Counted from the stretch's first letter, positions 40,382-50,641 are shown. The stretch: DNA of 64,000 bases from a virus (IMGVR_UViG_3300038345_000087:42651-106650); one strand, 5' to 3'. Notes: generated by a model not told the origin, from the letters alone. Made by a program: numbers and translations.

Positions 40382-41728
40382 ATGGCTGAAGAGTTGGCAT
40401 ACAAAAGAAAGGCAAGCCGTCGCGGTAAGAACCGCAAGGTGCGCATCGCCCAAGTCTATGACATGGGCAACCTACGTATGGCAGACCGTGAGGCACGAAA
40501 AGGTAAGGATGCACATAAGGGTGTTCGCATCTTTGACCGTAATCCAGAAAAGAACCTTCAGACCTTGCAGGACCAACTTCGCACAGCCACATACCATACT
40601 TCGCCAGGACATGAATGTGTGCGCCATTGTCCCTGTGGAAAAGACAGACTGCTGCATAAGCTGCCGTACTATCCAGACCACGTAGAGAACCATGCGCTCA
40701 TGCAGATCATCATGCCGATAATGATGCGGGCATATTACTATGACTCGTCGGCATCTATAAAAGGTAAAGGTATGCACTTCGCAGCACAACGCACGGAGCG
40801 TTATATCGATGCACATAAGTATGCCGGTCGTATCTATTATGCCAAACTGGACTTCGTGAAGTTCTATCACAACATCAATCAGAAGAAGATTAACCATGTC
40901 CTGAGTCGAAAGTTCGGCGATAAAGGCATACGTTATCTGATTTGGGAGATTGTTTCAGCATGTGAGGAGGGATTAGGCATAGGATTGTTCCCGATTCAAC
41001 CGATGGCGAATTTCTACACTTGTGCGCTATGCCGTCTGTTGATGGCTCTCTTCGACGTATGGGTAGAGATTTATTGTGATGATATGGTCATCATGGGTCT
41101 TGATAAGAAAGAAGTATGGCGTGCCGTGAATTTCGTCAGGAAGTATGCTGAAGAGGTGATGGAACAGCCGTTGCATGACAATATCGGTGTGCAGATTATC
41201 GACGAACATCACGGACTCGATTTTGTCGGGTATCAGTTCTTCTTTAATCATACGTTGCTCAGAAAACGTATGAAAGCCAAGTTCAAACAGAAGATGCACC
41301 GTCTGAAAGACCCTATGCGTCGCTATCAGGCTGCTACTTCATATAAGGGATGGCTCATGCACTGCAACGGATTCAACCTCTGGTGTAAGGTGATGCACAT
41401 GAAATCGTTTAAGGATCTCCAAGTTCCGAAGTTTGAGAAGAAGGATGCCGATGGTAAGCGTATGCTTGAAGGTACGAAGGTGTCAGCCTCCATGCTCTGC
41501 GGACGTGAAGTTGTCTTTACGGATGTGGAGTTGGGCGTGAAGTCTAAGTATAAGAAGAACGCGGCCATCGTACAGGTGGAGGATAACGGACAAAAGTTCA
41601 AGTTCTTTACGTGTAACCAGAAACTCATTCAGACGCTCGAATATATCAATACCCATGACGGCTTCCCGTTCACGGGCACCATCGTTCGTGCCAACAACGC
41701 GGGATTGCCTGACTACGAGATTACATAA
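40382..41728 (+). CDS. DGR reverse transcriptase with C-terminal extension
   Basis: NL..A...ARKGK, KDR, KLDFVKFY, GIG...Q..AN.Y, YCDD, GLDFVGY, LLRK; about 110 extra C-terminal residues; start may be TTG 40361. Confidence 0.95.
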   Translation: MAEELAYKRKASRRGKNRKVRIAQVYDMGNLRMADREARKGKDAHKGVRIFDRNPEKNLQTLQDQLRTATYHTSPGHECVRHCPCGKDRLLHKLPYYPDHVENHALMQIIMPIMMRAYYYDSSASIKGKGMHFAAQRTERYIDAHKYAGRIYYAKLDFVKFYHNINQKKINHVLSRKFGDKGIRYLIWEIVSACEEGLGIGLFPIQPMANFYTCALCRLLMALFDVWVEIYCDDMVIMGLDKKEVWRAVNFVRKYAEEVMEQPLHDNIGVQIIDEHHGLDFVGYQFFFNHTLLRKRMKAKFKQKMHRLKDPMRRYQAATSYKGWLMHCNGFNLWCKVMHMKSFKDLQVPKFEKKDADGKRMLEGTKVSASMLCGREVVFTDVELGVKSKYKKNAAIVQVEDNGQKFKFFTCNQKLIQTLEYINTHDGFPFTGTIVRANNAGLPDYEIT

Positions 41729-41798
41729 TCTCTGTGCCAAACGGTTCTCCCGTTTGGAAAGAAAGGACTAAGTATAAACCCTAAAATATCAGTAAAAA

Positions 41799-42461
41799 AT
41801 GAAGAAATCTGAATTTTACGAGAATCCCGCTGCTGTTACTCTCGAAGGTAACGTGCTGCGTATCTGCTTCGACAAAGAAGAAGCAGATGAAGTGATCAAC
41901 AACGAAGTGGAAGGACAGGAGCCTGAGACGCGCAAGGTCTATAAGGCGTTTGTGGTCCGTGTTAGCGAACCTTTCACCCTCGACAATGTGGCTCAGGCCG
42001 TACTGAAGGAGGGCTTCGATGAGTTCAAAGCTGTGGGCGTGGCCGCCGAAGCTCTGCTTTTGGCTACACAGCAGGGTATCGTCTCTGGCAATGCGCTGGA
42101 ACTGGCTCGTCAGATGGTCATCGCACGCATCAATGCCTACGATGCTTCTGAAAATGTCAATCAGTTCTCCTACAACGATGTCCCCATGTGGCTTGACAAA
42201 GACACACGCAATGGTCTCATCGCTCGTCTGAATGCTGAGAAGGCCGTTGGTAAAGAGACATCGACGCTTTGGCTCGGTACACAGTCATTCACCATTACTC
42301 CTGATGCCGGCCTTCAGATGTTGTCCGCGCTCGAAGTGTATGCGTCTGAGTGCTACGATAAGACTGCCGAACATAAGGCTGCTGTCGTTGCAATGAATGA
42401 CGTAGAGACTATCGTCGCCTACGACTTCACCGCCGGTTATCCCAACCACCTCGCATTTTAA
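41799..42461 (+). CDS. DUF4376-like tail-fibre-associated protein
   Basis: INAYDASENVNQF...WLDKDTRNGL...LEVYASECYDKTAEHKAAV...YDFTAGYP. Confidence 0.7.
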   Translation: MKKSEFYENPAAVTLEGNVLRICFDKEEADEVINNEVEGQEPETRKVYKAFVVRVSEPFTLDNVAQAVLKEGFDEFKAVGVAAEALLLATQQGIVSGNALELARQMVIARINAYDASENVNQFSYNDVPMWLDKDTRNGLIARLNAEKAVGKETSTLWLGTQSFTITPDAGLQMLSALEVYASECYDKTAEHKAAVVAMNDVETIVAYDFTAGYPNHLAF

Positions 42462-42553
42462 GTAGTGCGCCCGCTGGTTCTTCCAGTGGGTTCACCACTG
42501 GTGCTCGGTGGTTGCACGCCGAGGAGTTCTAAACCCGTAATAACGTATCAAAA

Positions 42554-43042
42554 ATGACTGTATTACTCCTTATCTCTATTGCCCTGGCTCTCCTCTATAC
42601 AGGAGTGACCATCTGCTTGAACCGTAAACTGCCAAACTCTATATCGCACATGGTGTTCTCGCTCAAGAGACCCTATCAGTTTGTGTGGACGCTGTTCATC
42701 TGGTCGATGGCTTTCGGTATTTGCCCTTCGTTGCTTGAGGTGATGGATGGTTCACCATTCCAGTTCCTCGGTTTCCTGACAATAGCATCCCTCGCTTTTG
42801 TAGGAGCCATGCCGCTGATCAAACACGACCCGAACACAGCACACAACATCCTGGCGATTGCTGCTGGCATAGGTTCTCAACTGTGTGTGCTGATAATCAG
42901 TCCGTGGTGGCTGCTGCTATGGCTGCTTTTCTTGCCGATTCTGCTGTTCCCCATGCGCTGTTTTGAGGGTAAGGGCATCTTTGTCCTCGAATTGTTCTGT
43001 TATATCACGTTAATAACTTCTGTCCTATGCCAAATACTATAA
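42554..43042 (+). CDS. Multi-pass membrane protein
   Basis: Five to six hydrophobic segments. Confidence 0.7.
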   Translation: MTVLLLISIALALLYTGVTICLNRKLPNSISHMVFSLKRPYQFVWTLFIWSMAFGICPSLLEVMDGSPFQFLGFLTIASLAFVGAMPLIKHDPNTAHNILAIAAGIGSQLCVLIISPWWLLLWLLFLPILLFPMRCFEGKGIFVLELFCYITLITSVLCQIL

Positions 43043-44124
43043 GTAATCATTTTGCCATCACAGCCCTTCAAGAGGGCGTGACGGTGCAAGGATCGTTGCG
43101 AATCGACGGCACGCTCTCACAGGCTTGGAACAACAACACGCAGAAGGCTATTCCGAACTGGAAGGCGACACAAGCCGACCCGAACCCAAGCCAGCCGCGT
43201 GTCTATCCTGTTGTCCGTAAAGGTGTGCAGTATATGAACAACGCTCAGTTGGTCAACACGCATTGGCTCTACAATGATGTGGTTATCACTTTTGACAACA
43301 ATGGTGATTCCACCAACTGTGTGGATGCGAACAATGATCCGTTGTTCCATGTCGGTACAACCACGGTATCGCTTGGTGGCTCCAGTTATCTTGTTCCATG
43401 TCTCACGGTCATCGCCAACCTCGCAACGGCGACGAATATCGACCTCGACACCATCGGTTATGAGGGTAGCATTGAACTGTTGGGTAAACAGCAGCCGTTC
43501 CAGTGTGCGGTAGATGTCAAAATCTCACAGATGAGCGCACAGGGCTACCTCGGTCTGCTCTCTCCTGAATCTGCCATTATCACGGAGAAAAATCAGTCCG
43601 TGAGCATCGCGGCCTCCCTCTATGCGGAGGATGGCCAGTCGCCCGCAAGTTGGTACACAAAATGGTACAACGCTGGTACGGGTGATGAATATGTTGCAGC
43701 TCGCAATGCTCGTTCGTTCACTGTCAATGAGGCTGATGTGACGGATAACCTGATTATCCGTTGTGACTTCTTCACGGACAGCAACTATGCGAACCGCGTG
43801 ACAACGGCCTTCGCTTCCATTGATGATACTCAGGATCCAGAATTTCTGTATATCTCGCTCAATGGTTCTAACAGCGATTTCAGTGGTCAACTGTCGCCTG
43901 GTGAGTCTTGCACCGTTACAGCGTGGGTGGCCGCTATGGAGGATTCTACCGACATCAATACGGGATATACCAATTTCTCGTGCAGACTGTATGACGGCCA
44001 GCAAAACGAAATCTCCAGTGGTCCGACAATGACCACATCGAACAATCGTGGCACCATGACTATACCTTATGACTTCGTGGCGCAGAATGGCTACAAGGTC
44101 AACGGTATCGTCACAGCGTCTTAG
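43027..44124 (+). CDS. Tail structural protein
   Basis: 365 aa, Thr/Ser/Asn-rich beta protein. Confidence 0.55.
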   Translation: MPNTISNHFAITALQEGVTVQGSLRIDGTLSQAWNNNTQKAIPNWKATQADPNPSQPRVYPVVRKGVQYMNNAQLVNTHWLYNDVVITFDNNGDSTNCVDANNDPLFHVGTTTVSLGGSSYLVPCLTVIANLATATNIDLDTIGYEGSIELLGKQQPFQCAVDVKISQMSAQGYLGLLSPESAIITEKNQSVSIAASLYAEDGQSPASWYTKWYNAGTGDEYVAARNARSFTVNEADVTDNLIIRCDFFTDSNYANRVTTAFASIDDTQDPEFLYISLNGSNSDFSGQLSPGESCTVTAWVAAMEDSTDINTGYTNFSCRLYDGQQNEISSGPTMTTSNNRGTMTIPYDFVAQNGYKVNGIVTAS

Positions 44125-44216
44125 TCTGTTCCGTCTAAACCACGGTGCTCGATGCGTAAGCGTCAGTGCCATCCTTCTCTCTTATGCAGCGCGGCTCATC
44201 CGCGCTGTATCTTTTT

Positions 44217-44250
44217 GTTCCGCTCCCCTACTCCACTATTACTATCTTTG
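44217..44250 (+). promoter_or_regulatory. Putative phage late promoter
   Basis: GTTCCG-N20-TATCTTTG upstream of ATG 44274. Confidence 0.7.
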
Positions 44251-44273
44251 CCCTATAAAAATATCGCGTTCAC

Positions 44274-47200
44274 ATGCAGAATCTTATATCACAGACTTTC
44301 GCAGTAACAGCTCAGAAGCCTACTGTATCGGTGGATCACATTGATAATTACTACATCACCGAGGCTTCTGGCATCATGCCGTCGGTCAATGACTCACGAT
44401 GGACGCTGGTGCCTGATGGTCAGCAAGTGCCTGTACCTACAGCATCGGCTCCATATCTGTGGCATAAATATATCACCTACCTTACGGATGGCACCGCACT
44501 GGATCCTATCGTGGAGTTTGCGGGGTCTCTCGGACAGAATGGTTTTGACTATGACCTCGTGCCGTCTAATTCGGCCATCATCAAAGATACTTCCGATAAC
44601 CTCACTCCTGCAAATGTAACTTGCTCGCTCATCAAACGTAATGCCGATGGTTCTGCTGAGACACAATCCACCGTACCTTCTGGCTACTCGGTGGTGGTAT
44701 ATCGCGACAATACCCCTTCTTCTTATACGCTTGGTGCCAATGTTTCAACGTCGGGTATTACTTCGGTTATCACTTTTGTGCTGAAGTATGGTTCTATTGA
44801 GGTGGAACGCCACGATATTCGTGTCATCGCAGAAGGTGCAGAAGGTCTTACTGGTCGTGGCATTCAGTCGCAAGATACAAGATTCAAGGCGACGGCAACC
44901 AATTCGCAGCCAGCAACACCCACCAATGATACGACGTGGAACACATGGTCTGCTCTTTCTTCTGCCGGCTACTCTCAGGACACGCCTTATCTCTGGAAGT
45001 GCATAAGAACGGTGTACCGCAATGGTAATGGCACAACTGATACAGAATACCTCGTGGAAGGCCCTACTGTATGGGGACAGAATGGTGCTGATGCTATATT
45101 TATTGATCTCGACAATGAAATGGATGCCATACCATGTGACAGCACGGGTAAGGTTACATCGAGAACGGTGCTCACTTCTTATGCCCGTTTATATCGAGGC
45201 TCTGCTATCATTAACACCGACCTTACGGCTCCCGTCGCAGCTAATTGTAAACTTGGATCTGTAACGCCAACGGTCACTTCTCAGGCTGATGGCTCCTACA
45301 AATTGGAATGGGTCTTTGCTGTAAATACACAGTTAAGTGTTGACCGTATCACGGCCAATGTCGCTATTGGTTATGGAGGAAAATCTTATGCAGCACTCTT
45401 CACAGCCAATGTCGTGAAGTCTGGTTCTCCTGGCGTTTCTCCTGCTATCTACCAACTCTTGCTCTCTCAAAACGAGGCTTCTTTTGCCCGTAACAGCAGC
45501 AATCAACTTACGCCCGCCTCTATCTCTATCCGTTGTGGTTATACCAAAAACTACAATGGCACCATCGATAAGCATGTAGGAAGTCAGGCTTCAGATCTCC
45601 AAAACATTGACTCGAAGTATAACATCTTCTACCGTCCTATCGCTTCTAATGGAAATCCTGGCTCATGGGCATGGATGAAAGATTTATCTTCAGCAAACTT
45701 TTATTTGGTCATCCCAAACTCAACTACCAATATCGCCTATGAGTTTGTCTTGAGTACGGCTTCTGGCACTGCATCGATTGAAGAATCCAACATTTTTGAC
45801 CGCGAGACACTACCCATCAACAAGGATGGCCTCAATGGTGCCCCTGGAGAGTCTGCTCTGATTATCGACCTAACCAATGAGAACGATGCTTTCGGTACGA
45901 AGGCTGACGGAAAAATCACCGCGTCTGTGTCTCGTGAAACAAGAGCCTCGATGTTCTATGGCATTACGCCATTGACGGCAACATATCAATCCACGAAAAC
46001 CTATGAGGATGGCACGAATTGTGGAAACGAGGTAGATGTGGTGATAGATTCTGAAACGGGTCTCGTTACCGTGACGATGAATAACACCAACTTTGTCTAT
46101 AACAAGACCATCTTCATCGATATAACAGGAACCGCAAGCGGTTACACGGATAAGCCTAAGACGGCTCGGTTCACCATACAACCACAAGCAGCCGGAAGTG
46201 ATGGTAAGACTCCAATCATTTACCAACTGATGCCGTCGCCGTCTCAACTTTCGTTTGCTCGAAATTCTGATGGTACGCTGAACATGGCTAATAATGTGAT
46301 AACAGGGTATGTCAAAAAGATAGAGGATGAAGATACAACGATTCTATCCTCTCTCTCTGGTTATCGCATTTATTACGGCTATGGTAATCCTACAACACCT
46401 TCCAATTATATCAGTGTTGGTGGCACGATTACCGTTTCTGCATCCAATGCGGCTTCTTATGCTTCATTGGTGTTGGAACTCTGGAAGATGAATGGCACGA
46501 CGAAGCAGAAACGACTTGACCGCGAGACTATCCCAATCAATAAAGAAGGCCAGAAGGGTGATCCAGGTGATCCAGGCGATGATGGTATAACACCGTTTAT
46601 TATCGATGTCGATAATGAAATGACCTCTGTGCCTGTCTCTCAGGAGGGTGCGGTAATTGCAGCAACTACTTTGGAGTTTAATCTTGCTGCATATTATGGT
46701 CAAACTAATGTCATCGATGATTGTACGGTTGCATGTGTTTCTGGATCTGATCAACAGGTTACAGTGGACGTGACAACAAATAAGGCAAAACCTAAGATTG
46801 TCATCGCGCAAGGTTTTACTCCTCCGACGATGATTGAATTGTGCTTCCGCGTTACACATGCCAACTATGGCTCGCGTGATGCTATTTTCTCTATTGCTTT
46901 CGTGAAAGCGGGCGGTCAAGGTTTGAATGCTATTCTCTATGAATTGCTGCCCTCTCTTTCGCAGATTGCTGTGGGACGTACAGATAATGGTGCTTATAAT
47001 CCCGCTAATGTGGCTCTGACATGCGGATATACTAAGACAGACGGACCTAATACTACGTCTGTGGCAGATTGCACCTCTTCTTTTGACGGATATGAAATAT
47101 ATTTCCGTCGCTTTTCGCGTTCGTCTAACGCATGGCAAACAACATATTACAAATATCGTACTTATAAGTCTCATTTGGCTTCTATTGTTGTTGCTACATA

Positions 47201-50200
47201 TTCCAAGGTTCAATTTATCATTTGCACGAATACATCTGGAACTATTACCAATACTAATCTTGATGATGTCAATGTTACTGGTCTCATCGATCGTGAGACC
47301 GTTCCCATTGTGGCAGATGGGCAAAAAGGAGATAAAGGCGATAATGCGTTCATTCTTGACCTCGACAACGAAATGGCGGCTGTTCCCGTCAATCAGTCTG
47401 GTGCTGTAGAAGCGCAGAAACAGCTTACTTTCGGTCTTAATGCGTATTATGGCACAACAGCTGTGCTTAATGATTGTACTGTTACCGTAGATGGTACTGT
47501 TCCATCTGGATTTTCTGTAAATCTTGATGATAAATTTAACCCTGTTGTTACAATCAGTGCAAATACTACACCGGCTGAGATAACGGAGCTTACTTTCAAG
47601 GCCGTTCATGCTACTTATGGAACTCGTTACGCGACTTTCTCCGTATGTGCGGTAAAGGCTGGTGGAAATGGTGCTGACGCTGAAATATATCAGTTGAAGC
47701 CGTACTATACTGCTATTCAGTTTGCTCGTGATGGTAATGGGGACTTGACAGGTGGCCCTTATACGCTAACGTGTCAAATCCAGAAAACAAAAGGAACGTC
47801 GGTCAATAATTATAACTCACTGTCTGGCTATTATATCTACTATGATTGGGATGGTGCAGCATCACCGGCTACTTCTCTTCCTATAGCGGGTCGTTCGGTT
47901 AGTACGTCAGATGCTTCAAGCCATACGAACATTGTACTCGAATTGTGGAAGGGTGCTCGAGATGTATCAGGATCCGTCCGACTTGACCGCGAGACTATCC
48001 CCATCTTGAAGGATGGCTCGCGTGGTGGTACGGGACCTGATGGAACAGGTATCGCGTCTATTACCTTTCATCGTATGTTCACGATGTCGTTGGATGGAGA
48101 ACCGTTACCAACGGATTCGGGTTGGATAGCATCTACATCTTCGTCTTATCCTTCTGAAAGCGGGCTGTCTGAGACGAATCGCTACCTCTGGCAGAAAAAG
48201 ACTACGACATACACGAAGAATGATGTCGCTACAACTTATGAAGTTTCCCTGTTGGCTCAATTCAATTCGGGACTTAAAGAGAATCTGCTGGAAGATACGT
48301 CGTTCTTTTCTGAGGGACAAATGGAGGCGTGGAATGTGAAGAATGGAACGATTGGCATTGGTACGGTAAGTGGGCACAATAGTTTCGGACTTACACCTGA
48401 TTTCACTGTCGAATTATCCCCGATGCTTCGCCAGATAGTCCACGATGGATCTACGCTTAAAAAACTGAAAGCTAATACTTGGTACACGCTTTCGTTCTAT
48501 GCAGCCATGCAAGCGAAGCAAAATCTGTTCTCTGGAACGGATTACAACGGAAATGGCAATACAGATTACGCTATGTTCCGCGAATCTTATCGTGAAGTAT
48601 GGCTTGGGGCTAATCAATCGATGGATGTTGAAGTGAAGGCTTACTGTGCTTCTTCCAATGTTTTTCTTCGTTACTTCGCATGGTCGTATGATACAGGGGA
48701 TAGCACAAACTGGAAGAACACAACAAAAGTGGACTTTACCGAGACTTCGGAAACGACAAAGACGATGCGTGTTACCAACACGGCTTCTTATGGCAGATTG
48801 TTCCGTATGCGTGGTTATGTCTATCTCAATGGGACCTTCACCATCAATGGTCAACAGGTGGTGAGCAATCCTACGGTTGCTTCGCCCTTGCTGAACAACT
48901 CCACTAACAATCCGAATGGGTACAACACCACAACTTATCGGTGTTACATTAAAACCATCAATGTTAATCGTGGATGCCGACTGTCAACTTATCTCTATCG
49001 TGCAGATCACGGCGCAGCTGTGCAACATTCATCATCGGCCCCTTGGTATGTGGATGGCAAAAAGTACACGGCTGCTGATCAAAGCGCAAACACCAATCTT
49101 CAATCTGGCACGCTTGTGGCATTTTCCGATGATGGTTGCGTCCATTGGCAACTGTCACCTGGCACTGTCCGACATACCGTAACATTTAAGACACCTTCTT
49201 CTCTTTCTTCATCTACGGAGTATGCTGTCCTCTTCCGAATGAATCAGTATTCTCACTATGGATGGGTGTCGATGCCAAAACTGGAAGAGAACACGATGGC
49301 TACGGAGTGGATTGAGCATACCAGCGATCGTTTCGCGGATGACATGCAGCATATCTTTGTGGGTGATTGGGTTGCAAGTACACAAGGCACCACTTCTACA
49401 TATTATCATTTTGATAACGGTGTTCGCCATGTGGTGCTTGCGAAAGAAAGTGCATCTTCTACGAAAAAAGTGTACTTCCGTATGAAGCAGCGTACAACGG
49501 CTGAAGGTTATTGCTCTACGACGCAACCTTATTCCGACACAAACCATTGGGAAAAAGCGTCTAATCTCCGTTTTATCGCTGCTGAGTTTATTCTTGCAGA
49601 CCAGGCTTTGCTCAAATTCGCACAGACGAATCGCATTCTGGTTTATAATTCTGCGGGCAACGTCGCCGCTGGAATGGGTGGTGCTGAAGGTGGATCAAAC
49701 GACTACCCTCTTTGGGTTGGTGCCGACTATGAGAATCGTGCGACTGCCGCATTTCGTGTGTCTCTGCTTGGTAAATTATATGCGACTGGTGCGGAGATCT
49801 CTGGTAAAATCACGGCAACACAAGGTACTATCGGAGGTTTTACTATTGGTACTGATAGCATTGTCTCTACTGGAAATGCTGTCCTTCGTATTGGAAACGA
49901 TAACTTCAAAACACAGTTTGGTATAACGGAATCTTCTAAAACTGTTCAAATGAATGGAAGTGAACAAGGTGTTGTTTTGGTGAACTATACTTTCAGTTAT
50001 AAGGAGAATAATCGTTTTACATTAAGGAAAACCACAACAAGTCATTATAACTGGACGAATTTTGGAGCAGCCAATGTTATAGATTTGGATTTCCATTCTG
50101 GTACGCATTCAGGTAGTGCATCTAATAATAGATACGGCTTCCAGTATGCAATGATAGGTAACGGGCACGTGATAATGAATGGAATAGTTGAAGGTGCTGC

Positions 50201-50636
50201 TTATGATAGGGTTGCTAATTGGAGTGCTGCAAATCAGATTCAGATGGTACAGATGCCGTTGTATAGTAACCGTATTGTGGTAAGCACAACCTATGACAAT
50301 GATATTCTTATCCTTCCTGATAAGTATTCTATGTTTTCCGCGTTAGGATGTGGGTTTATTAAATCTGCTACGTCTCAGTATTTTACCTTCAGACTTGACA
50401 TCATAAATACGGGTACAAAGAATGTATATGTTGCAGGATATAATTCTTTGAAAGTTGGCACATCAAGCAATTATACTCAACCATATATGAATACAAACCT
50501 CCCTTATATGAGGTATCGTAATAATTCATATTCTGGTGAAAAGGATATTTACGTTAGACCTAAAAATATACTTTCTTTGATGTTGGTCTATGACAATGGA
50601 ACTTATTACGCATTTATCATTAACGATCCAAATTAA
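44274..50636 (+). CDS. Very large tail fibre / host-specificity protein (2120 aa)
   Basis: PYLW motifs, four internal repeats, PKLEE...ATEW motif, GKITATQGTIGGFTIG fibre motif. Confidence 0.8.
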   Translation: MQNLISQTFAVTAQKPTVSVDHIDNYYITEASGIMPSVNDSRWTLVPDGQQVPVPTASAPYLWHKYITYLTDGTALDPIVEFAGSLGQNGFDYDLVPSNSAIIKDTSDNLTPANVTCSLIKRNADGSAETQSTVPSGYSVVVYRDNTPSSYTLGANVSTSGITSVITFVLKYGSIEVERHDIRVIAEGAEGLTGRGIQSQDTRFKATATNSQPATPTNDTTWNTWSALSSAGYSQDTPYLWKCIRTVYRNGNGTTDTEYLVEGPTVWGQNGADAIFIDLDNEMDAIPCDSTGKVTSRTVLTSYARLYRGSAIINTDLTAPVAANCKLGSVTPTVTSQADGSYKLEWVFAVNTQLSVDRITANVAIGYGGKSYAALFTANVVKSGSPGVSPAIYQLLLSQNEASFARNSSNQLTPASISIRCGYTKNYNGTIDKHVGSQASDLQNIDSKYNIFYRPIASNGNPGSWAWMKDLSSANFYLVIPNSTTNIAYEFVLSTASGTASIEESNIFDRETLPINKDGLNGAPGESALIIDLTNENDAFGTKADGKITASVSRETRASMFYGITPLTATYQSTKTYEDGTNCGNEVDVVIDSETGLVTVTMNNTNFVYNKTIFIDITGTASGYTDKPKTARFTIQPQAAGSDGKTPIIYQLMPSPSQLSFARNSDGTLNMANNVITGYVKKIEDEDTTILSSLSGYRIYYGYGNPTTPSNYISVGGTITVSASNAASYASLVLELWKMNGTTKQKRLDRETIPINKEGQKGDPGDPGDDGITPFIIDVDNEMTSVPVSQEGAVIAATTLEFNLAAYYGQTNVIDDCTVACVSGSDQQVTVDVTTNKAKPKIVIAQGFTPPTMIELCFRVTHANYGSRDAIFSIAFVKAGGQGLNAILYELLPSLSQIAVGRTDNGAYNPANVALTCGYTKTDGPNTTSVADCTSSFDGYEIYFRRFSRSSNAWQTTYYKYRTYKSHLASIVVATYSKVQFIICTNTSGTITNTNLDDVNVTGLIDRETVPIVADGQKGDKGDNAFILDLDNEMAAVPVNQSGAVEAQKQLTFGLNAYYGTTAVLNDCTVTVDGTVPSGFSVNLDDKFNPVVTISANTTPAEITELTFKAVHATYGTRYATFSVCAVKAGGNGADAEIYQLKPYYTAIQFARDGNGDLTGGPYTLTCQIQKTKGTSVNNYNSLSGYYIYYDWDGAASPATSLPIAGRSVSTSDASSHTNIVLELWKGARDVSGSVRLDRETIPILKDGSRGGTGPDGTGIASITFHRMFTMSLDGEPLPTDSGWIASTSSSYPSESGLSETNRYLWQKKTTTYTKNDVATTYEVSLLAQFNSGLKENLLEDTSFFSEGQMEAWNVKNGTIGIGTVSGHNSFGLTPDFTVELSPMLRQIVHDGSTLKKLKANTWYTLSFYAAMQAKQNLFSGTDYNGNGNTDYAMFRESYREVWLGANQSMDVEVKAYCASSNVFLRYFAWSYDTGDSTNWKNTTKVDFTETSETTKTMRVTNTASYGRLFRMRGYVYLNGTFTINGQQVVSNPTVASPLLNNSTNNPNGYNTTTYRCYIKTINVNRGCRLSTYLYRADHGAAVQHSSSAPWYVDGKKYTAADQSANTNLQSGTLVAFSDDGCVHWQLSPGTVRHTVTFKTPSSLSSSTEYAVLFRMNQYSHYGWVSMPKLEENTMATEWIEHTSDRFADDMQHIFVGDWVASTQGTTSTYYHFDNGVRHVVLAKESASSTKKVYFRMKQRTTAEGYCSTTQPYSDTNHWEKASNLRFIAAEFILADQALLKFAQTNRILVYNSAGNVAAGMGGAEGGSNDYPLWVGADYENRATAAFRVSLLGKLYATGAEISGKITATQGTIGGFTIGTDSIVSTGNAVLRIGNDNFKTQFGITESSKTVQMNGSEQGVVLVNYTFSYKENNRFTLRKTTTSHYNWTNFGAANVIDLDFHSGTHSGSASNNRYGFQYAMIGNGHVIMNGIVEGAAYDRVANWSAANQIQMVQMPLYSNRIVVSTTYDNDILILPDKYSMFSALGCGFIKSATSQYFTFRLDIINTGTKNVYVAGYNSLKVGTSSNYTQPYMNTNLPYMRYRNNSYSGEKDIYVRPKNILSLMLVYDNGTYYAFIINDPN

Positions 50637-50641
50637 GATTT

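Larger units (their letters stand above)
38385..41728 (+). mobile_element. Diversity-generating retroelement core (target-VR, TR, RT)
   Basis: Canonical order and adenine-specific TR/VR mismatches. Confidence 0.95.

Noticed and set aside
39893-40453. Minus-strand ORF over the TR as a possible avd
   Set aside because: Wrong strand and no resemblance to the helical Avd family.
40361-41728. Group II intron or retron RT
   Set aside because: Adjacent TR/VR with adenine-specific mismatches identifies a DGR; no maturase or endonuclease domain is evident.
46464-47609. 381-aa minus-strand ORF and other long antisense ORFs (30546-31295, 35183-35872, 43525-44172)
   Set aside because: Antisense shadows of well-supported + strand genes, with no recognisable motifs.
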